Part shown: in pieces, positions 1-13,179 of the stretch
Position numbering within the stretch: the first letter of the stretch is position 1
Layout: each line of letters starts with the position of its first letter
Origin: Rotaria sp.
Taxonomy: Eukaryota
Assembly (NCBI GenBank): GCA_905330235.1
Contig: CAJNUA010000162.1
Location: 81,202 to 126,500 of the forward strand
Direction: 5' to 3'
Length of the DNA: 45,299 bases
Program-made: the position numbers and the translations under genes
Notes under the pieces: generated by a model
The model's input: the letters and a program-made list of their open reading frames with translations, nothing else
Told to the model about the DNA's origin: nothing
The model's database searches: none

Positions 1-406
1 AAAAAATTTTAATTTTTGAAACTATCTTTTAGTTTATTAATTAAATATTTAGTAGTGAAGATTTTTCCTTCTTATATTTTGAAGAGCGAAAATTAAAAAA
101 AATGCGATGTTAATTTATTCATGACGCTCATTAATTGTTGTCTTTTTTTAAACGTTTATGTAATAGTGATTATGCATAAGAAATCAGCAGCATGAGTCAA
201 TAAAACAACATATGATATCAACAAAATAAAAGAGCATTTTTATTTATTTTCTTTGTACTTAAATCAATTTCATACATTAAGTAGTTGCTTTCTTAAATGT
301 ACTAATCCTTTTGAATGACATGACAGGATTGTTTTTTTATTGAATAACTATTTGTTTTACTTTTTTTCTTAAAGGCACACAATTTCATGGACAAAAGAAA
401 TTGACA

Positions 407-547
407 ATGCTTTGTACTATTGCAAGCAGGGAAGTTTTTCTATTATTGATTATTGTGATGATTGTTACATCAAAAGATTGTTTTCCACTTGCTAACTTTC
501 CAATTGTTCAACCAAATTGGTTCAATTGCCCTGTTCTATCAAATGGA
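407..547 (+). CDS. Exon 1 of a secreted alpha/beta-hydrolase (S33/TAP-like). ATG at 407 is followed by a hydrophobic signal-like segment (VFLLLIIVMIV). Donor GTATGT at 548.
   Basis: ORF 401..604 shows a signal-peptide-like N-terminus. The 57-nt intron 548-604 (gtatgt...ctttag) keeps the frame into the next exon, which continues the hydrolase homology (QCMFVNVPIDW). Confidence 0.45.
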
Positions 548-604
548 GTATGTATTACTCGTATAAATCAAAGATTTATTTCAATTCTATTTATATATCT
601 TTAG

Positions 605-773
605 AGCGAAACAATCAATAATGTTCATGCACAATGTATGTTTGTCAATGTACCTATTGATTGGAATACAACTACAAATTTAACAACATGTACAGAAACA
701 ATAAGGATCTTTATCAAACGATATTTCATAAAAGAAAGTAAAAATACAGGTCATCAGCTATGGAGAATAGCAG
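605..773 (+). CDS. Exon 2 of the alpha/beta-hydrolase (SETINNVHAQCMFVNVPIDWNTTTNLTTCTETIRIFIKRYFIKESKNTGHQLWRIAG). Donor GTAATG at 774.
   Basis: Hand translation. The V.VPIDW...R...LWRIAGG(PG) pattern is typical of the N-terminal part of S33 prolyl/tripeptidyl aminopeptidase-like hydrolases. The phase is consistent with the acceptor at 827. Confidence 0.5.
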
Positions 774-827
774 GTAATGTCTTATGCTTAAATTAATCAC
801 ATATCATTGTGTATCTATTATATATAG

Positions 828-1438
828 GAGGTGGTGGTATACCAATATCGACTTTAGAATCAGAAGCTATTCGTGTTGTTTCTAAATATAATGGTGCAAT
901 ATCAATATATGCTACGGACAAGCGTGGTGTAGGTGAAAGTGATGGATTAGAATGTCCAATATCAATATTTTTAAATTTTTCATCTTGTTTATCATATATA
1001 AAAGAACATCAATATCGTTTAAAGCATAATACATTTACAAATATGGCACGGGATTTACAATATGTATTAAAAGTTGTTTCGAATCGTCAAACCTTAAAAT
1101 CAAATCAACGTGTCATATTAATGGGTTCAAGTCAAGGAACTTATCTTTTACAAAGATATCTTCATTTAATAGAAAATGAAAGACAAATTGATGGTGTTAT
1201 ACTTGATTCTGTTGTTCCAACAGATTTTATTGATCTTATCAAGTATGATAAATATGTTGACTACATGTTCTTAGATTTACTTTTACGATGTGCACACGAC
1301 AAACAAGGTTGTGCAAATAAATTTGAGGATCAAAATCCATTACGTGCTGCCTATACTTATAAAATTAATGAAGAAATTCAAGGAAATTTATCTTGTCTTT
1401 CATCATTAAATACAACTAGTATTGAAATCGGTATACAA
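828..1438 (+). CDS. Exon 3 of the alpha/beta-hydrolase. It contains DKRGVGESDGLECP and the nucleophile elbow GSSQG (GxSxG). Donor GTAAGA at 1439.
   Basis: ORF 809..1471. GGGGIP...DKRGVGES resembles the oxyanion and DPRGVG.S region of S33/TAP-family hydrolases. ILMGSSQGTYL matches the GxSxG serine-hydrolase motif. Confidence 0.6.
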
Positions 1439-1788
1439 GTAAGAATTAAAAAAAACTTAATATCAAGATAACAATGATAGTTTGATGTTTTTTTTCTTTC
1501 GTAAGATGTCATATTTATATTTTCCACTTGTTATGCAATTAATTCCACCATTAATTTATCGAATAAATCGATGTAATTCACAAGATAAAATTGTTTTACA
1601 ACATTTTCTCAAGCAAACATCATCATCACCATTTCCATATAATCGACCTGGATACTCTATGTTGGTAAGATTCTTTTTTTTGTGAAACACGATATAAAAG
1701 GAGTGTTGAAGTATAATTCCGCAGGAATTGCTTTAATAGCTCTTTTAGTCATCATTAAAAAAGCAAACTTGTTTTCTTTATATTCAAG

Positions 1789-2020
1789 GTTGCATTAAAT
1801 AATGATTTAACTGAACTATGGTCTACACGAGATCATAATGACATACAACTTTCTTGTGAATATGTTAAAGGTATGTCGGATAATACATTTATGGCAATGC
1901 AATTGATGTCGAATATTTATTGTCCAATACAAAGAACTGGTGTACTTGGATATAATAGTGATCAATATTATAGAACATATCCAATATTAAAAACTCAAAT
2001 TCCAGTTTTAGTTTTACATG
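1789..2020 (+). CDS. Exon 4 of the alpha/beta-hydrolase (...QIPVLVLHG). Acceptor AG at 1787-1788, donor GTATGT at 2021.
   Basis: The in-frame translation VALNNDLTELWSTRDHNDIQLSCEYVKGMSDNTFMAMQLMSNIYCPIQRTGVLGYNSDQYYRTYPILKTQIPVLVLHG is the typical strand preceding the catalytic Asp in alpha/beta hydrolases. Confidence 0.5.
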
Positions 2021-2071
2021 GTATGTCAAATATATATTAAATACGAAAGAAATTCATTTTTGTAATTAAAG

Positions 2072-2188
2072 GTGACATGGATGAAACATTGCCACTACCA
2101 ATTGCTCGACATTTTTATAAAAAATATTCATCACTAAATTCAAACTTAACTTACATTGAAATGCCTCGAACAGGACATACAGCAATAG
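2072..2188 (+). CDS. Exon 5 of the alpha/beta-hydrolase (GDMDETLPLPIARHFYKKYSSLNSNLTYIEMPRTGHTAIG). It carries the catalytic Asp and His. The 3' end of the gene (a possible further exon near 2240-2330) is uncertain.
   Basis: ORF 2077..2328. The VLVLHG-x-D...G-H arrangement is the canonical acid-His part of the alpha/beta-hydrolase triad. An acceptor at 2071 gives the correct phase from exon 4. Confidence 0.5.
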
Positions 2189-4946
2189 GTTTTTTTTTAA
2201 TTTTTTTCTTTGTCACATACTTAAAATTTTATTTAATTAGATGCATCGCCAATGATAGATCAAGAGACAAGTTGTGGTTGGCTTTTAGTTATGTCATTTA
2301 TTTTATCATCAACATTTCAACCAGATAGATCATGTCTGAATAAAATTAGTCCCATTGATTTTGCTGGAACCACAACGAACAGTCAAGAATTATCCACAAT
2401 ATATTTTGGTACACATAATATGTGGGATTAATTGGTCATTTTTAATGTATTAGGATTGAATGCATTACACTATATATTAAACATAAAAAACCAATAGATA
2501 TGAAAGAAAAAAAGTACATCAGAAAAAGCATAGTATTTTTGTTCACTACAATCTGCAGTAAGAGTAAATAAGATTTTTACTGTTTCCATCGTTTTTGTAC
2601 ATATTGATGAACATAAGTTCATTTTCATAAACCTGTCTATCTGACTAATAAAATACAGTAATGACATATTATTAATAGAAATTCTGAAAAAAATCCAGTA
2701 TCAAATTAGTACATATTTTTGTTACATCATGGATCGATATTCAAACAAATCTTAATTTTGTCTTCTGTGCTATATTTATCTTCTGTTTTCGTCTCATACG
2801 TTCCTTTTTCTATGTCTACACGAGAGAAACATTGAATATATTAAATAAATATCACTATTAAACAATCCAGTTTGCAAAGGTACACGAAAAAATAAATTTA
2901 TCCCGTTTTAGTTTTATGCTGTAGAAGCTGATAAGATTTCCATATTCGTGACACTTTAATTCCTTTAGACCTTTTAGAATGTAGGTGTGGGCGCGAGTAC
3001 GAGTGATGTTGAAGTGAAAGTGCCACAGGGTGCTAAAGGAACTAAAGGTACTAAACGGACTAAAGGGATAGTTTGAGGGAACTAAAAGTAAAACAGGATA
3101 AATTTGGTTTTCCGTGGACTCCTCATTGATTAAGTGATCATAACTTTTGGCACACCCGGTATAGTGTTATTTCGGTTCATTGAACCATTTGAAGTACTAA
3201 AGTGTATATCATGTACTATTTTTGTGAGACACAAACCTAATTGTGTTGAAGTAGATGATGAAATTCTTTACTTTTTCGCACTGTCTGTGAGATATTTTGA
3301 CAACAACTCATCACAAACTTTGACAAATGTAGCATCGAAAGTATAATTTATTATGAATTGTTATAAGTTATTAAAAGAGAAATTCAAAGGTTAATAGAAG
3401 AACTAAAACCCTTGAGGATGACATTAGTGTCTGATAAATTTAACAGAGTATAGAATATGTAAAACGTTGACTTAAACTGATTTGTTAAACATGATTCTCT
3501 ATGATGACAAGCTGTTGTTTTGAATTTTGCATTTTAACCCTACAGGAGTTGTTCTAACACATGTTCTCATATGGCGGAATATTCTAGAAATTGCAATAAT
3601 AAAGTCGATACAAATGCTAGATGAAGATAAGGATGGCAATATTCTTATTTAGGTTGCGTGATAATCAAACTCATGACTCAGTCGACACCAAATTTGTTAA
3701 CGATGCGATAGTCATGTAGTATACACGTGTAATAATCACATATATTTTGAGTTGCTCAAATTTGGCAAACTCCTTGAATTTCTTGACGTCCATCATAATG
3801 TAAAGGCATCGATATCTTATTTACCTATGTATCTTGAATTCTTTAAATTTTCTTAAATTACCAATTCATGGATCTTTCTTCCATTTTAACGACATATTTC
3901 AAAACACGATATTATATCAGGATAGTGCACTATATCGCAATTTATCGTGATTGACTATTTTTAAATTTCAGGCACGTATAATAAGTTCACAATTTCTCCG
4001 AACCGTATGGATTTTGTTCAATATTTCAACCACTACAAAGTGATTCATTAAAAGCAAGGCTATTATGGAGTATTATGGAGAAAATGTCTTCGTGGTCGTC
4101 CAATAATAATCAATCACAATAACTGCTGATCACGAGAATTATTTTATGAGTTTTTCATTTATGTGGTATGGTAACTTCAAGTTTGACAAGTTGTTTTATA
4201 ACAGCAAGATAATAGAATGAAACATATAGGGTTCGAAAGAAAAACGCGAACTTATTCTAAATATTTCTAATTCGAAAATACTCCATCACGATGCATTACA
4301 CTATATCATGAACAACGCCAAATAAGAAATGTGGGTTAATAATAGCAGTAACGTGCTCAGATTATTAAAATATAATTCTCTATTCAACAACCACAGTTGA
4401 ATGTGTTATTCTCTGTTCTCATACACAATCTTTCATCGAGACGATGCTTCACAATGACAAATAGTAATACTCATTACATCTTGATAATCGATACATAACA
4501 TAAAACAAGTTTGATTTTACCGCATATGTTAGAAGTCAGAGATCATCTTTGTGTATAGGTTGACGTATTCGATTCGAATAGAAATGCTGTGACAATTGCT
4601 GATCGAAATTATATTAAAACTGTCATGAATGGCCTATTGGAATAAATGAAGTAAATGATCGGTTTGTTGCGTAACAGGTACGAAGAAAGTCGGCAATTGA
4701 CCGAACATATCACTACATTAAAAACAAATATCCAAAACCAATGTAGAACTGTACACGAATGAATTTATCTATCAAAGGCTCTTGACTGTCTTGGATCTTT
4801 ACATGGGGCTGATGTTATTGCAAGGACTATCAGTACATTAGTTGCACTTAATAATTTGAGTGGCTTCGATGTGCTCGTTGTAGCTGACGTTAGTTTGAAT
4901 CCGATGTCTGCTAGTACATGAGGTGCATTGATTAGGAGTACACTTA

Positions 4947-5401
4947 GGGATGCAAAAGTGACCATAACCGGATCCTCGGTAACCGTACCAATCGTTACCG
5001 GTCTCCGCCGATAACCGTGGTAATTTTCAAAGAAAATAACGTTATTTTATTGAGGCTGACGAAAGTAAATTAGAGTGAGGAATCCAAATCGGCAATTCGT
5101 TTTTCAAAATTCAGTACTCGGTCGCTCATTGTAGGACAGCTATTATAGGCAAGTCGATCGAAAAATCAAGTATAAAATATTGAGAAACTGATTGCAGATT
5201 CTGATTCTCCGACCACGATTCACTTTCGTGAACGTTTATAAAATATCGTTATTTTCTCTAAGAATTCTTTCTTTATTGAGAAAATTAAGCCGATAATACC
5301 AGTGAAAACTTTGTGAAACCGCTAATCATAGTACCGACTATCGGTTATAGCCGGTGAAACGATGACGGTACGGTAGTGAATGATCGGTGTCATTGCATCC
5401 C
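4947..5401. mobile_element. A roughly 455-bp non-autonomous DNA element (MITE). It has terminal inverted repeats GGGATGCAA.../...TTGCATCCC and is flanked by TA on both sides (Tc1/mariner-like target duplication). No coding capacity.
   Basis: Left end cacttA|GGGATGCAAAAGTGACCATAACCGG, right end CCGATCGGTGTCATTGCATCCC|TAtcaag. The two ends are reverse complements over about 11 bp plus partial extension. TA flanks sit at 4945-4946 and 5402-5403. Confidence 0.55.
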
Positions 5402-7222
5402 TATCAAGTATTACTTAAAGGTTTTCGGCACTACGAGGATGTGGATATTTGTGCTAGCACAGAAAATACTCAAACTCTTACAAAAGTTAACTTTACTTCA
5501 AATATCAGTAAATGACCGTAATTAATATTTAATGAAATGGTTGGAAATTCAACGTTTAACCGAAATCAGACCATCATCTACTCAATTAAATAAGGCAATG
5601 TTACATGCCTCATTCATAAATATATTTATGTTATTATCTATACATCTAAATTATCATAGTTCCAATGAAGTTAATCAATTGGTTTTATTTTTATTTTCAA
5701 GACACGAATGAAAAATTTAGCGCTGCTATTAGAAATGGTATAGCTGATGTTAAATATCAATGATCTTAAAGTTTTTAGTCAAATCTGCTTTATATGATTG
5801 TCGAATAGACAAAAGAAAAGATTTCGAAAAAGTGGTTGCAGGTATAAAAAGTACAATGATATCTCTTTCAAAAGACGAAATAATACTTAAGACAGTTCTT
5901 ATTCTTATGGTCTCATCTGTGTTTACGGGTGAATAATTTTGTGATTATCTCTATATGTTGAATGATGACCATTTCCTTTTTGAATAACAAGAATATTCTC
6001 AGAACAAATCGAACCTTTAAGAAAATTCTTGTTAGGAGAATTTGCACTTTTTGGTAAAAATTGTTCCAGAACGTCAAACATTTATAGCATTTTTTTTCTA
6101 TTTTGCATCTGCTAGTTGTGATTTAACTAAAAAAGAAAAAAAGAATTTCTTTTTAACTATGCATGATAGTAAGAAACATTGATCTAAAATAGAACGTGAG
6201 ATGAATTTCTATTACCTATGTAACTTTTTCCAGGCCCCAATATAGTTGAAATCATGTTATTTCGTACGTTCATAATGCACCTGATCACGCGAATTTTTGT
6301 TGCATCTACGAACACAGAGTATTTCATTGTCAGTATAAAACAAACGTTTATCTTGTGTTCGGTACGGTAGAATATAAATGGAAACGTAAATGACTCGATA
6401 AGGTGCTGTTTGTAAATCTAGAAAGGTTATAAGTATAAAAAAAGAACGAAACATCATTATACAAATAGTATTTCTCAGTTTCTATCTGTGATAAATCTTT
6501 CAACTTCTGTATAGTTCTCGAAGTTTTCATTAGAAAGCGAAAGTTACTCGACTACAGAGGTAGTCTAGCAATTATCCATAAACAATAACGATTGACTTCA
6601 ATAGTTACCGTTCCTTATTTAGTTTAATTCCAACGCATCACTCATTTTTATTTTCGAACAAACTAAAACTTGAATTCAAATACAGAATATTTCAATAGGT
6701 GTGATTTTGATGTTGTTCTATCGATTTTTGAATATTTTTCGAATCTCAAAATTCTACAGCGAATTTAATGGTCTTATTAAACATTAATTTGGATTTATCA
6801 TGAATTACTCTTCTGTTCGATCTTCAAACTTTATTATGACCGAGATTGAGATAGAATGATCAAGTAAAGGTGACAATGCAACTGAAGTGGAGACCTTCAC
6901 CATACATTCGCACTCTCCGTTAGACAGCAACATATCTACCTGGTCTCTTCAGTATGTTAGATGACATATATCAATGTAACATAATTTTTTTTTATAATAA
7001 TGCAGAAAAACTATTGATTATAAACAAACAGAGTCAAGAAAACCATAGACGATGATATTTATATTACTTATCAAACTTAACGAAAGTTTTTATTACAAAG
7101 AAAATTTAAATTAATTGAGCTTCTAATATATTTACTTTGCATTTATGTAATTTTAGCAAAATAATAGTAGTCTTTTAATATTACATTATAAATACAACGA
7201 ATTGAAAAGTCTTCCTAGATAT

Positions 7223-7568
7223 TTAATGTTTTTCGACGAAATTAATAAGAGAATTAGCGATCTTTCCATGAAATGGAATAATATTCTTTCGTATTAATCT
7301 TGCACATAAACACTTCAAGCTAAGTTTTGTTTTAGTTTTAAGAAATTGCTTAATATTTGAATTCTTTGCAACGTCAATGGGCGTCTCTCTTAAAGCATTG
7401 ACATAATCTAGATGAGCACCAGAATCATAGAGATATTGGATTATAGTATCATCAACTATAGTTGCATTGGAAACAAATATATGAAGAGATGTGTTTCGAG
7501 CAGCATCTATTGCATTCATATTAGCACCGCAATGTAATAGTATACGAGTTGTATGTAAACATGGATAT
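7223..7568 (-). CDS. fem-1: Fem-1 homolog terminal exon (..LLHCGANMNAIDAARNTSLHI...SLKCLCARLIRKNIIPFHGKIANSLINFVEKH*), stop TAA included.
   Basis: ORF 7223..7519 plus upstream in-frame sequence from the acceptor at 7569-7570. Matches the FEM1 C-terminus (...[33 protein letters not shown]). Confidence 0.8.
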
Positions 7569-7623
7569 CTATAATAATAGATAACCTTTCAAAAATAAGT
7601 AATTTGAAATAAAAAAAACATAC

Positions 7624-7793
7624 TTGCAAATGTCATCGATGAAATAGTCATTTGCAGATGTATGATCACTTAGACTTAAATGTAGTAGAGAAGAACCAAA
7701 TGTTTGGGTAACATAATGACGTTGCACAATGAAGCAAATGTGTCGATAAAACAGTTTACGATCATCATGCGAAATCATTGATTTTGACAGACT
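7624..7793 (-). CDS. fem-1: Fem-1 homolog exon 2 (SLSKSMISHDDRKLFYRHICFIVQRHYVTQTFGSSLLHLSLSDHTSANDYFIDDICK). Acceptor AG at 7794-7795, donor GTATGT at 7618-7623.
   Basis: Matches FEM1B ...[38 protein letters not shown]. The phases join exon 1 (phase 0) and exon 3. Confidence 0.75.
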
Positions 7794-7851
7794 CTGAAAA
7801 AGATAATCTCGATACAAGAAACAAGAAAATTTAGGCTTGACACGTCGATAC

Positions 7852-9207
7852 CTGACTAACAATTGTTATTAAGAAAAGTAAAGTATGTAGATTATAATCA
7901 AAATCCTTCGTATTATGCTCTAACTCTTCAACTATTACTGTTATGACTGTCTTCCAAGGCACAATTGGTATCGATAATGATTTACGTAACATGTCACTAA
8001 AAATCGAAGCCCATTGACGCAAATCCTCAATGTCGATAGATAATGAGTACTGTCGACGTAAGCTAAGTTCATACAACCAAAAATCAGCTCCTCGATGATG
8101 TTGTGCATTGTCAGCTAGAAGGGCACCACGAAATCGAAGAGAACGACAGTATTTTGCATTAGTTGGTCCCAGCAAACGTTCACGTACGAGTAACGCTTCA
8201 GTGTACATATGATCATCGTTTAATCGAAGCTTTTCCAGCTCATCGATTGTTTGACATTCTTGTCGATTATTGAACACTTCGACAGTTGATAATCTTCGAA
8301 CTTTAGGAAGATTATGTTCTGATCGAAGTTCAAGTGCTTCATAGAAGCATTCAAACGATTTTTCAACATTAGAAATTCCATGTTCACGACAGACAAAAGC
8401 ACTTCCAAGTAATTCGTGTGCTTCGATTTGTTCAAGCAATGAACATTGTAGAGAAATAGCATCGACAAGATCAATTCGTCTCTTTTCAGCTGCTAATAAT
8501 AATGGAGACATGTGATTATGATTTGATCGAAAATTTCGAGCATTATGATTTAGTAACAATTGAACTAGTTCAAGTGAACCACGATCTACAGCAAAGTAGA
8601 GTGGTGAACGTCCATCATCTATTGATTCATTCACATCACAACTTAGTTCATCAACGAGATAAGTTGTCATTTCTAAATCTTCATTATAAACACTTAAAAT
8701 AAGATTCGTTTCATTATGTATTTTGTTAATATGTATATCAGCACCGTGTTCGTTCAAGTAACGAGCAATATTAATATTACCATTGGAACAAGCACAACGA
8801 AATGCTGTTGAATTTGTTTTAGTTGTATGATTAACTCGAGCTCCATGTTCAACAAGTAATTTCACGATTTTAAAATTATCAATGGCAGCTGCTGCCCATA
8901 AAACGGTCACATTCTCATACATCAATAAAGTTTGATCCTTTTCTTCGAGTTGTATATCATTTAGCACTTCAAGATCGAGTCCAGAATAATTAAGCAACAT
9001 CTGTACCATGTCTTCGAACTTATTTAAACAAGCAATCATGAGTAAAGTACTTTTTTGTTTATCCGGTTCGTTATATATTTGATTTAAGTAAATCTCGGCA
9101 TTGTTCATTGTTGACAAATGACTTTCGAGTGCTTTGACATCTCCTTGATGAACAAACGATAATAGCAAGCTGCTCACTTTAACACTGGAGTCATCATTGA
9201 ATTTCAT
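7852..9207 (-). CDS. fem-1: Fem-1 homolog (ankyrin-repeat substrate adaptor), exon 1. ATG at 9207 (MKFNDDSSVKV...) and donor GTATCG at 7851.
   Basis: ORF 7831..9228 (-) aligns along its whole length with vertebrate FEM1B/FEM1C (HGARVNHTTKTNSTAFRCAC vs [31 protein letters not shown] vs IEALELLGASF; RNLYTFLYL-like segment). Confidence 0.85.
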
Positions 9208-12200
9208 TGTAGTTGTAAATGCATACAAATAAAAAATAATATTTTACCTTGTATTTATAATCACACGTGCATGTTTTATTATGTAGATTTTTCTTTCTTT
9301 CTTCTGCGTTCTTACGCTATGTAAGATGAATCACAGTGCACACAGAAAATAAAAAACACTTTACTCAAACAAAACAATAAAAGAAAACTGTTTTGTTCAG
9401 TTTTTCTTTATCCTAAAATATTCGAACGTGAAATCTATCTTGAAGATGAAAACTGGCATGGTTTGTTTACAAAAAAATCTATGCATTAATACAAATTAAT
9501 TTATCAGTTTGGATCAAACATAGTTCATTTGATTCTTTAATAAGATTAGTGATACGTCTTCATGAGTTTTTACTCAATATCTGATTATAACGATCAAGCG
9601 CATAAAAGGATTGATGAGAAATGAAAGGAAAGACTTACTGATAAAGAAACATAAAAAAAAATTAAATTGTTCTTGAAAATCGTAGGATATATACATGCAT
9701 TCTATAATCAACACCATAAAGCGAGAAACAGTTAAGTTTTGAAATTGTCTAAAATTATTAATAATATTTTACTATTCTCGAATCATACTTGGTATCTGCT
9801 TATCAAAGAACTCAGTTTTGTATTTTCAAAACCGCGAGGTAATCATGAGTTTCTAATTTGAGTTATTAAATAAATGAAGACTTAATAACCTTATATCAAC
9901 TTGAAAATGATTGAAAAAATTTTGAGTCGGCATTTCACTGCAGAAAACACCAAAGATAAGTTTTAACTCAACTATAATTCTAATTAGAAATAGAAACGCT
10001 CGTAGAGATTTAGTGAACAGATTAAGATTGACATGGAAGACAGAACGACATATGGTACATCATCAGAATGTAATAAAGTTTCTACTTGAATTATAAATAT
10101 GAATTTAGTAAAACTTTATCTATGATTAGAGATATAAGCTGTTGATGACTTTGTTTTTTAATTTTGGTTTATATTCGAACTCGAATTAGATCACTATTCA
10201 AAACATTATACTATGCAACTAATTTGCTCCGTGATAAATCTCTATTAGCGCTGTTGTCACTAGTAAATTTAATGTTTCCATTAAATATAAGTTTGCACAG
10301 TGAAGATGTTTACTTTCCAACGATACGGTAATGAATTGTTGTAAATTTGAAGAAAGTATAGTAAATAGGAGAGAGGAAAATAATTCGACTGCTTTCATAT
10401 TAGAAACATGTGAAGTGTGGGTAAAGATGGAGATTCTCTTTGCGCCTTCATCCATGCCTACACGCATAAGTATTGAGAGCTTTTTTTGGTTAATCATCGT
10501 TCAAAAGGTGAACCATCACAAATTATAGGTATCCACAGTTATAACGTTTAGACAATGACAGATGATAAAATCAAGAACGAAATTTTAGAACTTGTTTATC
10601 GAATTTCTAGTTTTTTCTTCTAGACAAACTTGAAACAGATGAAGCTTATTTGTTTTATCATCTTTATGATCAACTTATTGGAAAACATGGCTGGCATTTT
10701 TATAGAATAGCTGATTAAGATGAAGAACGCCTGAGATTTGTTTCACAACAGATACTTGGTCAACCGGATTTTGAACTTTAGATGTGTTTAAATGATTTTT
10801 TTTATGCAAATGACGCAGTTAGAACATTGTTTGTTTTTTAATACACTTGAAACCCACTGAAATCATTCATTTTTTTTTTCAAAAATGCTTCTTCCTTTTT
10901 TTGACTAAATAAGAACAAATGTCTTAAATAAACAAGTTCAGATAAATTTTAATTAGTTGTACGAAATCTATCTGAATTACAGTAGATTACTTTTCTACAT
11001 ACAATTCTTTAGATTCATATTAGAGAAAAAGGCCGATAAAAGTCAACGAATATTGAATATATCATAGACAGATACTCATATTGAACGAAAATCTAGTAAT
11101 CAAGAAGAATTACTTGGAGAAATATTACGAATGAGCGAATAAACGTGAGTTAAAATAAAGTTTTAACATTGTTTTTCATTTTTCTGTACAATTTATATAA
11201 GTTAAGAGAGAAAAATAAATGTTTGTTAAGTAAATCGCAATTCAAGGTTGATCGAATGAAATGTTTGTTTAGCTTTAGTCAAAGAAATGCCTTTTTCAGT
11301 TTCATCGTTAAGGAATGATGCCGTTAAGAATGTAGCCAGGAATGTTGAGCTTTTTTCATTCTGTTCTTAGAAATTTTTAAATGATTTTCATCGTTTCATC
11401 TTAGGAAGTTAGAAAAGATATTTAAGCCTGAATCAAACATATCTTGTTACGACGAAAACTTATTCGCATTTGTTTCTTTGAAATCTATTCGTCTGATACT
11501 GTCGAACACATTTATCATTTGAATAATACTGATTGTGGAAAAGAGTAAATATCATTGTCCTCTGATATCGACAAAAATCGGACGAATACGAATCGAAATC
11601 ATTTAATCATCAACTGTACATCGTACAAAGAATTTTATTGCATTTAAGAGGCTTTATTTAAACGAATTTCAATTCTTCGAACTGCCTAAACAAACTTTTC
11701 ATTCTTTTACTGCTTCACGTAGTCACTTACTTTGTCATCTCTGCGTGTTGATGTATCTGCTGTTTGCAAAAAAATATTGGTGGACACACACTGCAAGATG
11801 AAATGTCACTATTGCGACTGATCTTTCTAATCGGCGAACAATTAAGTGGTAGAAAGAGAGAAAGGTAGCGCGAAAAATAACAAAACAACTCATCGGCAAG
11901 CACATCACTTCTTACGGCATACATTATTTAAGAGAATAGTGAAAGTAACATTTAAAAAGCTGAAAGTGAGCAGTGACTAAATTTCGTTCTTCTTGGAAAA
12001 ATTGTCTTTCAAACTTAAACTTCGCTTTGACGAAATCAAAAGTAATATTTCTGAAGATTATAGACTGGCAGTCGTTTTTTTTTTACTTAACAGTACTTGG
12101 TGTAGATTCTAAAATATTACTTAATTTGACTTCCTACGGAATATTGAAGAATTTCTGGAGACTTCACTCGAGATCTGCACTCGTTCAATTTCAGAGAATG

Positions 12201-13179
12201 TTTTCTTCCACATCTGACTTTCATTGATAAAAAATTTTTAAAAAGGGATTTTCTTTCGCGTACAAATCAAGCATTTCAGTGAATTAGATTGTATATGCAA
12301 TTCCACTTACTCCAAAAAAGTTCACGAAGAAACATCTCCTAGTATGACATCCCGTTCCTCATCGGGTATCTACCAATTTATGAAATACATGGAGATTAGA
12401 AAAAAATTAGAAGGGTTAATATTTCTGTCCTGTCCGGTTCGTTTTATGACTATTGCATTAAACTTTTGGCATCTTTTCTGACTGATTACCCTAAAAGTAT
12501 TCATGATCATTTTCATCTATCACAGAAGCATCATCTGCTAAAGCTAAAGCATTATCCTACCAGATTCTCGTAAAGTACACAAACTTTAGTGTAATGCTAT
12601 GTCTCACATGAGATCTGCCAAAGCAATAGTTCCTTAACAATTCTGTTGTTGCTTAGAATACATTTTTTATTATACATGTATTTCGTGTCGTCTCTTCAAT
12701 AGAAGATAATCGTACTTTCCACATCGTAAATTTCAATGAGATGAATGTTGCAGCTGCTGATTTTTATAACAAAAAGCAAGATGCTCACAAGTCAGTATAT
12801 CTACTAGAAGACGTGCGATATTATTTTTTTTTTACTGAACTAGTCTCGTGGTTCTCATTCATAGTATAAATATGAGCTTAACTTGCATTTACCATTTGAG
12901 AAAATTACTTCGTAAGATTTCCCTTAATACCATTCACCGAATTTTCTTTTTAGGGTTATGCAAAAAATACTTAATAATGAGCATACTTGTTCGTTCACCT
13001 TGGTAAGAAAAATAGGAGACATAACTTCCTGTGTGTTGTCGTTCATGTCAGAATTCTTTTCTTTTCCAGTTAAGAGAGTTGCGTATTCAATTATTATTTA
13101 AATGAATTTTTCTCATATCTTTTTTCCCTTCAATGACGAGTAGAAACAACATTGAACTTAATGCCTCTTTAAAAGTGTA

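Noticed and set aside
1482-1685. ORF MMFFFFRKMSYLYFPLVMQ... between hydrolase exons 3 and 4
   Set aside because: Phe/Leu-rich translation of T-rich intronic sequence. It is not in phase with the flanking exons.
2940-3080. GC-rich island (GTGGGCGCGAGTACGAGTG...) with ACTAAAGG heptad repeats; considered as a possible ncRNA
   Set aside because: No recognisable ncRNA family or secondary-structure signature that I can verify by eye. Left uncalled.
10219-10528. Pair of antisense-overlapping ORFs (92 aa and 65 aa)
   Set aside because: No domain signal. Isolated in a 4-kb gene-poor stretch.
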